From Chara braunii (Eukaryota > Plantae > Charophyceae): a stretch of DNA of 64,000 bases. Shown here one piece after another: positions 28,424 through 40,600 of this stretch; the first letter of the stretch is position 1; each line of letters begins with the position of its first letter. Both the position numbers and the translations under genes were made by a program. The stretch spans positions 7,557,360 through 7,621,359 of the forward strand of contig BFEA01000008.1 in the NCBI GenBank assembly GCA_003427395.1, in the 5' to 3' direction. The notes under the pieces were generated by a model. That model was not told the origin of the DNA. It ran no database searches and saw only the letters and a list, made by a program, of their open reading frames with translations.

Positions 28424-28823
28424 AGGGTTGGGAAGATGCTTATATGTCCTGTCTATAGGTAATTCCTGACTTGCTGCCCTTGGTCATAGGGGCTTACAAC
28501 TTGAACTACAAAGGTGCTGGTGAGTCCCGTTGGTGGGTACTGCTGGAAATTCGGCCACTTGCCACCCACCTTTTCCTAAGGGGCCATTGAAAGGGTCGCT
28601 CCCGTGGCGTGACCAGGCTGAAAGCCTAGCGGCATCACAGCGGAGTCTGGGTAATTTGGTGTTTTGAGATAATCTTAGGGGTACTTTTGGACCTTGCGAG
28701 ATCCGTGGGCAGAGGTTATATGGTGATTTCAGATGGGGCAGGGTCCTGGTAGAAGTCCTTCGCACTTCTGGCTATAGGTGGCGCGATTTCTTGAGTACCA
28801 GACGGTCTGCATGTGTACGCGGT

Positions 28824-28842
28824 TGGGCTCCATTGTTGGGCC
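28824..28842 (+). promoter_or_regulatory. Paired site II-like motifs (TGGGCY) upstream of RPS24
   Basis: tgggct (28824) and tgggcc (28837) ~200 bp upstream of the ATG. Site II motifs are typical of plant ribosomal protein promoters, but hexamers also occur by chance. Confidence 0.3.
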
Positions 28843-29044
28843 TCCAGTGGCCTGTATGTTTTGCCGCGCCGCCTCTCCGCCGCAGGCCAGAAAGACCAGG
28901 AAAGAGCAGTCTATAATTTTAGTGATCTTTGATTTTTCAATCTCTTTTCCGTGTGAGTACGGCGTGTTGTCAGCGTCGAAAGCCCTCGGGTCGCTGGGCT
29001 GAGTGCATTCTATCGACCGCCATAGCCATTGCAAGCAAGCAGCC

Positions 29045-29119
29045 ATGGCGGACTCCAAGACGTGTACTATTCGCACAAGGAAATTCATGACCAACCGGCT
29101 TCTCCAGCGGAAGCAATTC
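29045..29119 (+). CDS. RPS24: RPS24 exon 1
   Basis: gccATGg start; [18 protein letters not shown] followed by donor gtaagt. Confidence 0.95.
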
Positions 29120-32006
29120 GTAAGTGTCGCGATGCTCAAATACAAAAAATATCATTATACCCTTGCTCGTCTGACTTCTCCATCTGTCCCTCTTCTTCTG
29201 GTCCATCTCTTCTTCTTGTGTCGTTCATCTACCGTTCGCTTCTTTTACCTTCCCTCTCCTCGTCTGACTCTGACGCTCTCTTTCTCTTTTTCGTACGCCT
29301 CTGTTCTATCGAAATCCTTTGGCCATAGCCTTCCTTTCCATTTTGAGACATTTCACAGCTGTGCCGCCTCGTCGTGTCTAACGTTGTTCTTATATCTCTT
29401 TCACTGTCTAACCTCTTCTTTGTCTCTTCTTTCCTCCCACCACTTTCACCCGTCTCCGCAACTTTCCCTATTGGGTCTCGTCGAGGAAGATCACGATACC
29501 CCTTGTAGAACGGTCACCAGGGGTGGGGAAGGACAAGAGGAGGACGTATGGCAAGTAGTGTACATATGGTGGCCAGAAAGCAGGTGTTGGATATGGAGAA
29601 GCAGTGGAGACAGTGAAGAGGGTGGATGGTGGATTGGGAAACCGAAAGTGGGCCTGGAGGACGGTGGAGGGCGCGGGAAGGAGGGCCGGCAAGGAGGGCC
29701 GGCTCCTTACTACAGAGGGCGGGTTGGAGGTGCTGAAGTGGGAAGGCAGCGCATCAAGGGGGCAAGATGCTCGCGGAGAGCAAAGGCCGACTTTCTGGAC
29801 ACTGGCGTGATTCAAGGTCATTTGCCGAGTCTTGAATCGAGACCAAAGAGTCTGGTATGGCCAAGTCTCATGCAGGAGGAGGCAGGAGGCGCTGGTAGGG
29901 CATGAGCGGGCGTGGACATAAGCAGGTAGGAAATGGCAATGTCGGGTACGGATGGAGAGCCCAGCGCGAAGTGCCAGAGGTGCGTATGGACGCGAAGGAG
30001 CGGGTTCGCAGAGAGGGAGGTGGGCATGGCGTTAGAGAAGAAATTGTGGAAGAACAGAGGCGGACGTTCACGGGGGGAGAAGAGTACTACGGCGAAGGCG
30101 GCGGCGGTGGGTTTGACGGACGAAGGCGGCCGGTGTGGACTGGGCGCCGAATAGGCGGGTGGGTGAGGTAGGAGCGGGGTTTGCAGAGGCATGATGGTGG
30201 GTGGGTAAGGTAGAGTCGGGCGATGGAAAGTTGTGGCGGTGTTTGTTGTTGGAGTGCGGAAAGTCTGGAGGTTGGCGCGGTAGCAGAGGTAGGGTTTTGT
30301 TATTAGGGGCGGGTGAATTGTGATGTGGGTCTGAAGTGAGAGAGAAGTTGCTGAGTACGGGAGAAAGCTGTTGTAGCGGATGATAATGATCTACTGACTT
30401 GTCGGACTTGTGGGGCATGGTGCACGTGGATGGAACGATTGTCCTTTTATAGATTATGTCGTCGCTCGGCGTGCGGTTGATGTGTTTATAGTGTTGACGA
30501 CAGGATTGGCATGTTTTGGTCAGATATTGCCGGTAATAAGTGCTTTCTGAATTCTGCACCGGCGAACGAGCGGTGTGTTTTAGGGTTTCATGCTGTCATC
30601 GGATGGTCATATAGAAGACACCAATGCGCATGGACATCTTGAATCAGCTTTTCGTTTAACATTATATTTGTTTGGAATGCTGGATTGCGTTCTGGTTTTT
30701 GCTTGTTGTCATGAACGGGTGGCGGATACATTGAAAGCCTGTGTTGTTACAGGACACAAATTCCTATTGTTGTGTTTACAATTCGCTTAGTTGTTGACGC
30801 ATTGTTTTTATTCGTTTGGACGCTATTCTCGTTGTCAAAACTTTGACGGTGACGTTCCAGGTTATCGATGTGCTGCACCCAGGGCGACCCACGGTACCGA
30901 AGGTGAGCAGATTTACCCCAGCAACTGGTTCGTGTTGTGCGATGGATTCGTGTTTTGTGTATTGGATGTCACGAGATAAGCTGATGCCTGCGCTCTGTCC
31001 TCCTTCCGTGTCACTGGGGTTCCGTTTGCATCGTACATCATTCATCATAAGGCGTACAGAGCGCCCTTTGTTTTTGAGGCAATCGCTGTCTTTCCCGGTA
31101 GTTGATCTCTCGTGTTTACCTATATGGCTTGAATGTTGTCACTGAAGTGTATAGAGTGGTAATGGCGGTAAACGAGTTATCCAACACTCCGTGGCGAACG
31201 AATTTGGTGATGGTGGCGGGAAGGTCTCCGCAGCATCGAGTCCTTAACAGTGAGGGGAAGTTTCCTGCGTCTGCGCCTAATCAAGAGCGAACGTGACGTT
31301 TTGTACAAATGGAGCCGTTTTGCTAAAATCGGTGGAGAGACGAGTACTTCCAGGTGGTGTCTGTGGAAAAGTGGAAATCTCGGCTGGGAGGAACGGGTGG
31401 GGCTGCCTTTGGGAACATTTTTGCGGGAGGATATCACAGGCGAGGAAGGACGGAAAGACATCGAGTCAGTGGGGGGTGGAATGACGAGGAGATATGTGAC
31501 AGCGAGGAGAGGCTGGAGGGATGCTCACACTTGGATTTTCGTGGATATGGATTTAGGGTTAAAAACGGATATGGCTGGGTTTGTTGCTCAGCTATGGCAT
31601 TCAGTGCGGTGGACGAAAATATTCGATTGAAGTCGATGCTGTCCGTTTAAGCTGGAGCTCGGACGGAAATTGCGGAATACCCGAACGGATGTGTATGGTT
31701 GGTGAACAATCGAGAAAAATGACAGCCTCGGACGGAGCGAGTGCTTGGACTGACTGAATGCCTGCAGTGGACGTACGATGCGGTACTAGAATATTCCCTC
31801 GTCCATGTAGACTACTCAGCGTGATAAGTGAAAAATTGGACGTGTTGCCGCCCACACGAGTGGTCTGTCGTTACGCCACATACATTTCTTGCTATGTTAG
31901 AGTTACACCGGGGAAGGTGACTTCACGACAGCGCGATTGATCGTTGTTCTCCCACGGGTACGGTATGAAAGAGCGGCAAAATGTGTGTGAGAGAGAGAGA
32001 GAGAGG

Positions 32007-32054
<48 letters not shown>

Positions 32055-32111
32055 CTTAACTTCTGAGGCGAGTTCTGCGAAGCTGGATGTGTGTGTGAAA
32101 GAGAGTTTATA

Positions 32112-32182
<71 letters not shown>

Positions 32183-35100
32183 TAATGAGGCTGAACCCTA
32201 TGTACGCTGAATCTTTTGTATGGTTTGTGTTGCAGGCTTGTAATGAGGCTGAGCCCTATGTACGCTGAATGTTTGCGTTGTGTTGCAGGCTGAGGTTAAA
32301 GACAAGCTTTCCCGGCTGTACGATGTGAGGGACCCGCAGTCGATTTTTGTTTTCGGATTCCGAACCCAGTTTGGTGGAGGGAAGACGACAGGCTTCGGTC
32401 TGATCTACGACAATGTGGAGTCAGCGAAGAAGTTTGAGCCCAAGTACAGATTGGTCAGGGTATGTTATCTGATCAATCTTGAGTTTGTGTTTTTGTTTGT
32501 CGATTAAGTCCACTTTGCTGTGTGTTTTGTTTGTTGACAGAGGCCCCTCTGTTGCACTTGGTGCTGATCAGTCTTCCCGCAAAGCAAGTGGGAACTGTGG
32601 TTGCGTTTAGTGTGTGCGTTGCGGTCGCTCGCGATTCTCATGGAAGTGCTGAGCTAAAATCGAAGTTCAATTGTCCTTCTCCTGAAATAATATGATGTTC
32701 TTAACCGAAGTTTACTCGTTTTAGTGCGGAAGGAGTTTTCATGTTAACCGAGACAGGAATCCAACCCTTTCTGTTTGTTATGGTGCAGAATGGTTTGGCC
32801 ACGAGAGTCGAGAAGAGTCGCAAGCAAGTTAAGGAAAGGAAGAACAGGGCGAAGAAGATCCGTGGAGTGAAGAAGGTCAGTGCTTCGTGCCTAGGCACCG
32901 ACCCACCGCCTTTGTCTGTCGCCGTTTTCTGGACCTGAATTTTGATTTTTTCTTTGACTCTTTTTTTTTCTACCGAAGCCCCTATTTCTGGTTCCAGAAC
33001 TGCCGAAACGAAGGATAACAATTTTGGTTGGCGGTTAGCAAGTAACTATTGGTCGTTTTAGAAGCCGTTCTGGATGACTTTCGAATCTACCCTTCATACC
33101 CCTGCGATTTTGATGCGACCCTAACACGTTTTGACCTCTCGTGCGAACTTACCAAATCGCCAAATCGCACAAATTTTGTTGGCTTTCAAGAACCAGGAGC
33201 TAGTTTCTGTTGTCTGTGATCTCAAAAGGAGATCTAGTCTCACACCATCGTTGCGCACGAGCGTTAGTTGATGAAGCTACTTACGAAGAGAAGCCCGCGA
33301 GTTGACAACTGCGCCTTGCGCAAGTGGCATGTTGCTTTCTCTACCGACCCGTGCCTGAATTGAAAAACCCTTACGGCGTGCAATAATGCCGAGAGCGGTG
33401 CTCTGCTTCGAGCGACTTTGCGGTTTCAGCAGGACGAAATAATTGTTGACCTCGATGCTTAGTAGCTGGTTATTAATCCGAAGGTAGGACTTATGGAAAA
33501 GGTCAACAATTGTTCCGAAACAGAGTACCGCATGACGATCAGGGTAGGATTTATGAAAAGAGTTGGGGGTTGTAATGATAATAACCAGAGTATGTGGATT
33601 GGTAACGAACGAAGGATGATTTGATGTGTAAAACGACGAAGTCTTCAATGGACAGAGTCTGCATCCGCCCTGTGTGTCAATGCGATCGTGACGAGGACTT
33701 TGGAAAACGTTTTTGTTGGTGAGAATCCTAGTACGTCGTAAGTTTCGTACCCAACTTTCCAAGGTGACGAGTTACGAAGAGGAACGATTTAAACTCTCGC
33801 TCTAAGCTCTCCGTTCTGGAATGGACTACATTGATAACCCTAATAGTTCCTTACCAACTTACCAGCTTACCGAGTTACCAACTCACCGAGTTACCGACTT
33901 ACTAACTTACCGAGTTACCAACTTGCCGAGTTACCAACTTACCGAGTTACCGACTTACCGAGTTACAAACTTACCGAGTTACCAACTTACCGAGTTACCA
34001 AATTACCGATTTACGAACACGAACGAATCAAACTCACCCTAAGCTCTCCGTATCTGGAATGGACTAACGGAAAGAATCAGGGGTTGAAGCTGTAGTGCAG
34101 TCTCTTGCTGTCTTTGTTATTCGTTGTCATTAAAAAATTGGCTTTGTTCACTTGTTATGGTAACGAGTACTAGGAATCTTGCTCTCGGATCTAATCGGCT
34201 TAGCTTTTCTTAGGTTGTAGAGCTAGCTTTAGGGTTTTGAGGTTGAGATGTCACTCTATTTCTCGCCCGATTTGAGCTTCTGCAAGCTGGCCTCGGCGGT
34301 GACAACTTCTACTAGTATGTCCCGCAATCACTATTGCGAAAATGTGGAAGCGCTCCTCCTCCCACCACGCGTTCAGAACAGCCACGTATCTTTTTTTTTT
34401 TTTTTTTACGAAATTTTCCATGTCCTAGCAAAAGATTCTTTTCCATTTCGCACATTTTGGTGATTGGTTGAGCGAGGGTGGAAGTTTCCGTAAACGATCC
34501 ACGATACAAAGAGAATTGATTGTATGCAGCGTGACGATCGTATCCTGTAGGGTTTCGTCAGCTCTGCTCTTTCGTCTCTTGTGTAGAACATGCGAAGTTG
34601 GTGTACATACGAAGAAGGTTTTGCAGATTTCGGCCTCCTGATGAGTCCGTGAATTTCCGACGGAACAGCTTGACACAACCCCTCCATCTTTATTGATCTC
34701 TTCTCCCTCAACGAAGTTGGTGTATCATCCGCCGGAAGGCTTGCCCGTAATATGTTTCGCCGTTTGCTGTTGTGCGAGGTCGTTCGCCGAGGCAGGAGTA
34801 AGCTGTTGGCCGTAAATTTTGTCTATGGCTCTTTGATAAGTTTGTGTGCCGAGGCGGGAATATGTTCGAAGCGGGTATGCTTACGGCGGGAACTCTTGTC
34901 GATGATGTGTCAAGTATTGCTGATTGCTTGCGGAATTCACCCCATCAGGGCCTACCTGGTTTGGCAAAGAAACTTCAGTATAGTTTACGCGTCCCCCCCT
35001 CTCCCCCCCCCCCCCCCACCGGCTTCTCTGCANNNNNNNNNNNNNNNNNNNNNNNNNNNNNNNNNNNNNNNNNNNNNNNNNNNNNNNNNNNNNNNNNNNN

Positions 35101-35254
35101 NNNNNAAACTTCAGTATAGTTTTACGCGTCCCCCCCCCCCCCCCCCCCCCCCCACCGGCTTCTCTGCAATTTTGGTGCTAACTATTCGGCTGTATACATG
35201 TTCTTCTGTTTTTTGGTGCAGGTCAAGTCTGCTGCTGATGCCAAGAAGAAGTAA
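29045..35254 (+). CDS. RPS24: 40S ribosomal protein S24 (eS24), 5 coding exons, 135 aa
   Basis: Exons 29045-29119, 30861-30902, 32289-32459, 32789-32875 and 35222-35254, all with GT..AG boundaries in phase 0, join to [135 protein letters not shown]. These are canonical eS24 motifs. Confidence 0.97.
30861..30902 (+). CDS. RPS24: RPS24 exon 2
   Basis: ttccag|[14 protein letters not shown]|gtgagc. Confidence 0.95.
31250..31450 (+). mobile_element. Possible L1 post-RT remnant in RPS24 intron 2
   Basis: RLRLIKS...[16 protein letters not shown] loosely resembles RLxLIKSV...FLW...W..VC.P. Confidence 0.25.
32289..32459 (+). CDS. RPS24: RPS24 exon 3
   Basis: ttgcag|AEVKDKL...[20 protein letters not shown]...PKYRLVR|gtatgt. 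Confidence 0.96.
32789..32875 (+). CDS. RPS24: RPS24 exon 4
   Basis: gtgcag|[29 protein letters not shown]|gtcagt. Confidence 0.95.
33791..34066. repeat. 8/16-bp minisatellite (ttaccgag/ttaccaac) bracketed by ~36-bp direct repeats
   Basis: Array 33851-34014; ctaagctctccgt.tctggaatggacta within 33791-33828 and 34030-34066. Confidence 0.85.
34620..34681 (+). ncRNA. Degenerate hammerhead motif of the same family in RPS24 intron 4
   Basis: gcctc-ctgatga-gtccg-tgaattt-ccgac-ggaa-cagcttgacacaacc; same layout as the 53-60 kb copies, with GAAA changed to GGAA. Confidence 0.6.
35222..35254 (+). CDS. RPS24: RPS24 exon 5 (terminal)
   Basis: Branch-like gctaac and polypyrimidine tract, ggtgcag|[13 protein letters not shown]; matches the lysine-rich plant eS24 C-terminus. 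Confidence 0.88.
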   Translation, partial: VKSAADAKKK

Positions 35255-37629
35255 GCGACTGCGAAATGACGGAAGAAATTGCGGCGAAATTTCTAGTAGC
35301 AGCAGTTGTGTCCTCGCTTTTGCCTGTGTTCGTTGAACCCCGGAATTGGGGTTTGGGTTACCCTTTCCAGAGAGTCAAATGCGGAGAAATGCCATAATGA
35401 ACGTGGATGGGAACGGGATTTGCGGTGATGAACGGGTTTGCGAGAGGAGTTGTGCCCGTGTCTCTCGCTCGCTTGTCTTTCTCTTTCTCTCTCCAAGTCT
35501 CTGTCGGGTCACATGGTCGAGTGCTCGGATTTCACCCACCCGGAGGGGGAAGGATTTTGGAAGTCGATTTTTGTAAAGTGGAAGAGTATTATTCCTGTTG
35601 AGCTGATCAATGGAAAGAGGTTCGCATTTTTAAGCGTGCCGCTTGCTCGGACTAAACGGGTGCCAAATCTTGACGATGTCGGTTGAGTTTTTGTTAATTC
35701 CCTGGCCGTGTGCGACGTGTCGTGTCCCTACTTGGTTCTCATTGTTGTCATCACTTCACGTTTTTTATGCTCGTTGTTTTTTTAAAGGATTTCGATATTG
35801 AAATGCTTGGTGAACGCAGGCGCACTGAAGCTCTCATCTGATTGTACTCTGCGTGTTCGTGGACAGTGCTCGGTGTATGATGGATGGAGTAAAGAGTGTC
35901 GGGAAATGGTAGACTGGGTGATGTGTTTGCGAGGTCGTTTTCATCTCAATGTGTTTGCGAGGGAACATATTCAGCACATATTTGAATGTGTTTGCGAGGG
36001 AACACATTCAGCAAACATAATGCGGTCGCAGATGACGAAAGCGGTCCGCCGCACAGGGTTTGCAGGTGTGTCTGGAGGGCAGTGAACAACAGATGGGGGT
36101 TGCTGGCGGGCCGAGAGGTGAAGGAATCGTCGGTTTATTTCTAGGGATCCTACTGTAGCGTGGTCAAGATCCACGAACCTTTGTGCGCGTGTGTGAGAGA
36201 GAGAGAGAGAGAGAGGGAATGAGAGCGTGTGCATTCCACGAACCTGTGTGCTTGTGTGAGTGAGAGAGAGAGAGAGAGAGAGCGTGTGCATTGTAAGAAA
36301 ACGTCCACTATACGGACTGTTTGGTACCTATGCCGTTATTTAGAGAGAGAGAGAGAGAGCGTGTGCATTGTAAGAAAACGTCCACTATCCGGACTGTTTG
36401 GTACCTATGCCGTTATTTAGATCATGGACGCGTGCCAACACATCAAGAAACAGGACCCAATGTTTGCGATTTTGGTCATAAGCCTTTTTTTTTCTAAGTA
36501 AGAACGTAATTAGGTTTGAGGTAATGAATCGAGCAATGCCACTGAAGATTCGCTGGAATGATAGTCTTGGGTCGATCAATGTACGTAGATGTAGTAGACG
36601 GGGGTAATCAGCTCGTGCACTTTCATGTGTATGCGGCATTGTGCCCGTTCGATAAGCGTGGCCAAGGCGATGGAGATGGATGTAGAGAGGGAGAAGAGGT
36701 GTAGACAAAAAGTGTTAGATGGCAAGGTTGGTGTTGAAGGTATGGAGTATGTGGGGCGTGACGTTACCGTGACCTGCTGGCACGGCAAGAAACAATCCTT
36801 TCGAAACGGCGTGAAAACTTGTTCACCAACTATCCTGGCGTTAGTGGGTACGGCACTCCCGACCTGTTGAAATACACATCCGAGTTGGAATTCATTTGTA
36901 AGCAGAAGACTAAAATTCGACAATTCTGAAGAACCTGCTGCCGGTCAGGTCGATGATGATATCTCGAGGATGTCGCGGTCGTTTAAAAAGGGAAGAAAGA
37001 AGAATAGTTCGAGGCCGTCGCACTTGTTTAGAAAATTGAGGACGAGAGAGAGAGAGAGAGAAATAATGGAAAGGAGTTTCAGAAAAAGGAGTTTTGTTGT
37101 ACAAAGAAAAATATAGGGGGCAAGGTATCATGTCTACATTCCTTCTTTTCCTTGTTTTGCTTTTTTCCGCCTTCGCGCTCTGATTTACAGTGTGACAATA
37201 TATAGGATAAAGCATATGACCGTAGAGACGAGGGCTGAACCTGCCTGTGATGCCCTTTTGAGTAAAGGGGACAGCATTCTCACATCGAGGTACAACGATC
37301 TCTGAGCTAGGAACAGGACTTCAAATCTCGATCTCGAGTCCAACGTTCTTTAAGCGAGGAACAGGTCAACTCTCGATCTCGAGTCCCTAGGTAGTTTTCG
37401 ATAAGGTCTTCAGAATCATTGCGGGCTTTTTGCCAGTGACGCATGCTTGCATGCTTGCTACTATGGTGTGCATACGGCGTCTAACCGCGGCATCGATAAT
37501 GTGCCCATCCTTCTGTCAAAATGCGTAATCGTGAATAGGGTTCAGAGAGGTTACTGTCTGTGTCACTAAGATCGCGGTGCACTGTTCTGCGTTTCCGCAT
37601 TGTGCACCTTGATAGCGACAGGGCATGCA

Positions 37630-40600
37630 TAGATGGGGTCCTTTGAGGACGATACTACAATCTCTGGAGATCCACTTACATTTGTGTCTATAATGGGCAT
37701 GTTTTTTGTCAAGAGTGCCATAGCGTCGTTGCCTCCGAACCGCCGGAACGAGTCTATCACACACAATCTTTCCCGACTTGCTGAGCCTCAGCATTCGGAT
37801 TTTGATTGGGCCTGAAGTACTGTAATGAACGGTGCTCGTACTCCTGATCACTGGTATCCTTCTTCTACCATCGGGTTTGCTTGTTTCCTCAGCCAGACCC
37901 ATTAGTACTGTCGTGCGACGTTTTCTTCAGCTGTCATAGTCTGCGTACTCTCTGCCGCTATCTCCTCTGTTCTCATCCTGAATTGTGTCTTCCTGTTGAA
38001 TTCTCACAACTGCCTCGCCACCCTTTTGGAATCATTTCAAGCATGCTGGCCGTTCCGACCCCTTCGTAGCCCAGAAAAACCGATTCTAGTATCAGTGTGG
38101 CAGGATGGAGCAAGGATCAGACATTATTAGACTGATCAGAAGAGATATTCACTTGATCAAACCCTCTGAAGGCGGTAGAGGTATTACCCTCTGGAATTTT
38201 ATGTCTCATGTCGTAGAAGACAATATGTCATCCCGTTGTCTACTCTTCTCCGTCCTTATCTTAAACAGCGCATGGCTGTCTACGATGTCTGTTTCATCTG
38301 TGTATGCCATTCAACCTAGCCCTCTTTTGTGTAATCCGGTATAGGTACAGGAGAATTCACCTGCCTCCTTGCCGTACAACCAACCCCCCCCCCCCCCTCC
38401 TCCCCCCAAACCGGAAGATCTGTAGTAGGTTCCACTCTGAACGTAAGCCACCTCTGCAGCTTGTCCCTGCTCGAGGATGAGGAAACGAAGAAATAGAAAA
38501 TGAAAATACAGATCTGTTATCCTGGAAAGCTATGGAGTTCGATTCTTCTTCCCCTCGGCATCCCGTCTACTACTCTTTGGCAGCTCCACTCACACCTCCG
38601 TCTGAAAGAAGAGGAAACAAAGAAATAGAAAATGAAAACAGAACGGTGGAAGGGTCACAAGTTTTGACGAGTGCTCTCTAGCAGGTGTTCTGTACGCCGC
38701 CTGGGAGAATTTCTCCGCAACTTTGAAAAACATCTTGAACGTCCCTTCAGATGTTGTGCAATGTGTGAATTGAGAACGGAAAAAAGCATCCCTGAAAACC
38801 TTATTTGCAGGGGCCGAAATAACGCGAGACCTACTATAATTTCTCCGAAATCATGCCCCGATGTTGGGGGGGTGTTTCAGCTCTAATCCCCCCGGCCCGC
38901 TACACAGCAGGAGGCTTTGTGATGTAGTCGTCCTCCGTGATGAGAGAGTCTACCGTCGAGGCCTTAGGTGCCTTTGTGTTTTTAGGTGTGGGCAATCGAG
39001 GGTTGTGAGGTCCGGCAGTCACAGGATGGTAATCTGTCACGAGAATGGTTCAGGCAACTCCGGGTCAGGCTGTTCTGCAGAATGGCACGCGCTGCCCTCT
39101 GCTTGTGACTCTACCTAGTAGTACTAGCCATGGGATTGTGCCGATACGGCGAGTCTTGGTCGCTCGCCCATACCACTGTGCGTGTGGCCAAAGACAGGCT
39201 GGGAGTCCTCCGAGTACGACACATCCGTCAAAAGTTTTTTAATGATACGGATAGATAGAGGCCAGTTTTTAATGATACTGATAGATAGAGGCCAGTTTTT
39301 AATGATACTGATAGATAAAGGTCAGCATGGGCTCTGGGAAAGGATGAGGGGAAAGGAAGACGATCACAATGGCGGGATGCTGAGTTTTTTTCTATTTCTT
39401 TTCCTTTTCTAGTAGCAAGGTGCTCAGAACCAATATGCTGTTTTTTTTCTGATTTGGAACATCCTACTCACCTTCTTCCCCCGAACAGAACGCACCCCGA
39501 CAATCAACATATACAGGCGCCACGTTCCCGGTCTGCTGCAGCCGTAATGAGGTTGCGTTGTTTTGGGCAAAAGAGGGTACGGCAGTATATTGCGAGACAT
39601 CCGCTAAAAGTTGAACGACAAAAAGAAAGATCTCACCGTTGCCCCCGCGCGAAGATGATGGATAACAAGGAGACGAGAAATCTTGAAGCTGGGGTGGTGC
39701 GGGTGTGTAGCGGTAGAGTGTCGATGCGCTGGTTTTGGTAGCAACGTGCTTAGACTCCTATGCGTTCCCTCGTGAATGCGAGCATCACGTAGACGCAGGC
39801 GTAAACGGACGAAATTCCGGCCAACAGATGACATTATGGTGAACGTAAAATGCCCTTGTTCAAATTCCGAATGGACAAGTATCAGATACAGGTCCGGGAT
39901 GGAGTTTTGTGTACTGGATGGAGCGAGAACCATGGCTGATGCTCGACTCATATGACGTTATGTTTCAGCGGATGGTTGCCGTAACCAGACCCTCGCGTGT
40001 ACATTCATTCTTCCCCCTCACCACAAGTCGAGTTTTAAGGAGCATAGGGTGGTCTGTGTGAGCACTCCCCACTCAGTCTGCAGAAATGTGGGTGGGCATG
40101 CGGCCTGTCAAGTAGCTTGTGTTGTTTTGGGGGGGAAGGGGTGAATTGTATATGTCCCCCACGTAAATAAACTGCTGGTGAAATTACAGGACTGAGTTGG
40201 ACCCAAGTTGGTACCGACAAAATTACAGTTATACCCCACTACAGGAGTGCACAAATTATGGATGTACCCAGGCAAAATTACGGGTATATTGGGACTGAGG
40301 TGGACTAGCCAAATCATTCATATACGCTACTACCGGATGGCTGAAATCATGCTCATACCCAGCAGCAGCCGTTGAGTCACGATGTCCTCGTGGTGGGCAT
40401 GGGCAGAATTTTGCGGTCCGCCATCCAAGCCGTGCCCCGGGCTGTGGTTACACCTGCAAATTTGCCAGGCTGTTCGATGGCATGGGCATAATTTCGTTGT
40501 GCGAAACCGAGGGCTTTGGGACTGGGTATGTCTAGTTGGACGGGGGTCCGGGTATAGATGCAAGTTGGCCGCTGAGATTGGATATAGCGGGTATTCCCGT

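Noticed and set aside
29120-29905. 300-aa ORF 29003-29905
   Set aside because: Only 29045-29119 is coding (RPS24 exon 1); the rest is read-through into intron 1.
30370-33700. Possible intronic C/D box snoRNAs in RPS24 introns
   Set aside because: No convincing RUGAUGA...CUGA pair with a terminal stem and rRNA guide was found by eye; needs snoscan or Infernal.
34970-35170. Direct repeat aaacttcagtatagttt..cgcgtccccc...caccggcttctctgca on both sides of the N gap
   Set aside because: Near-identical sequence flanking an assembly gap with poly-C; most likely an overlap artefact. The ORFs through the Ns are not credible.
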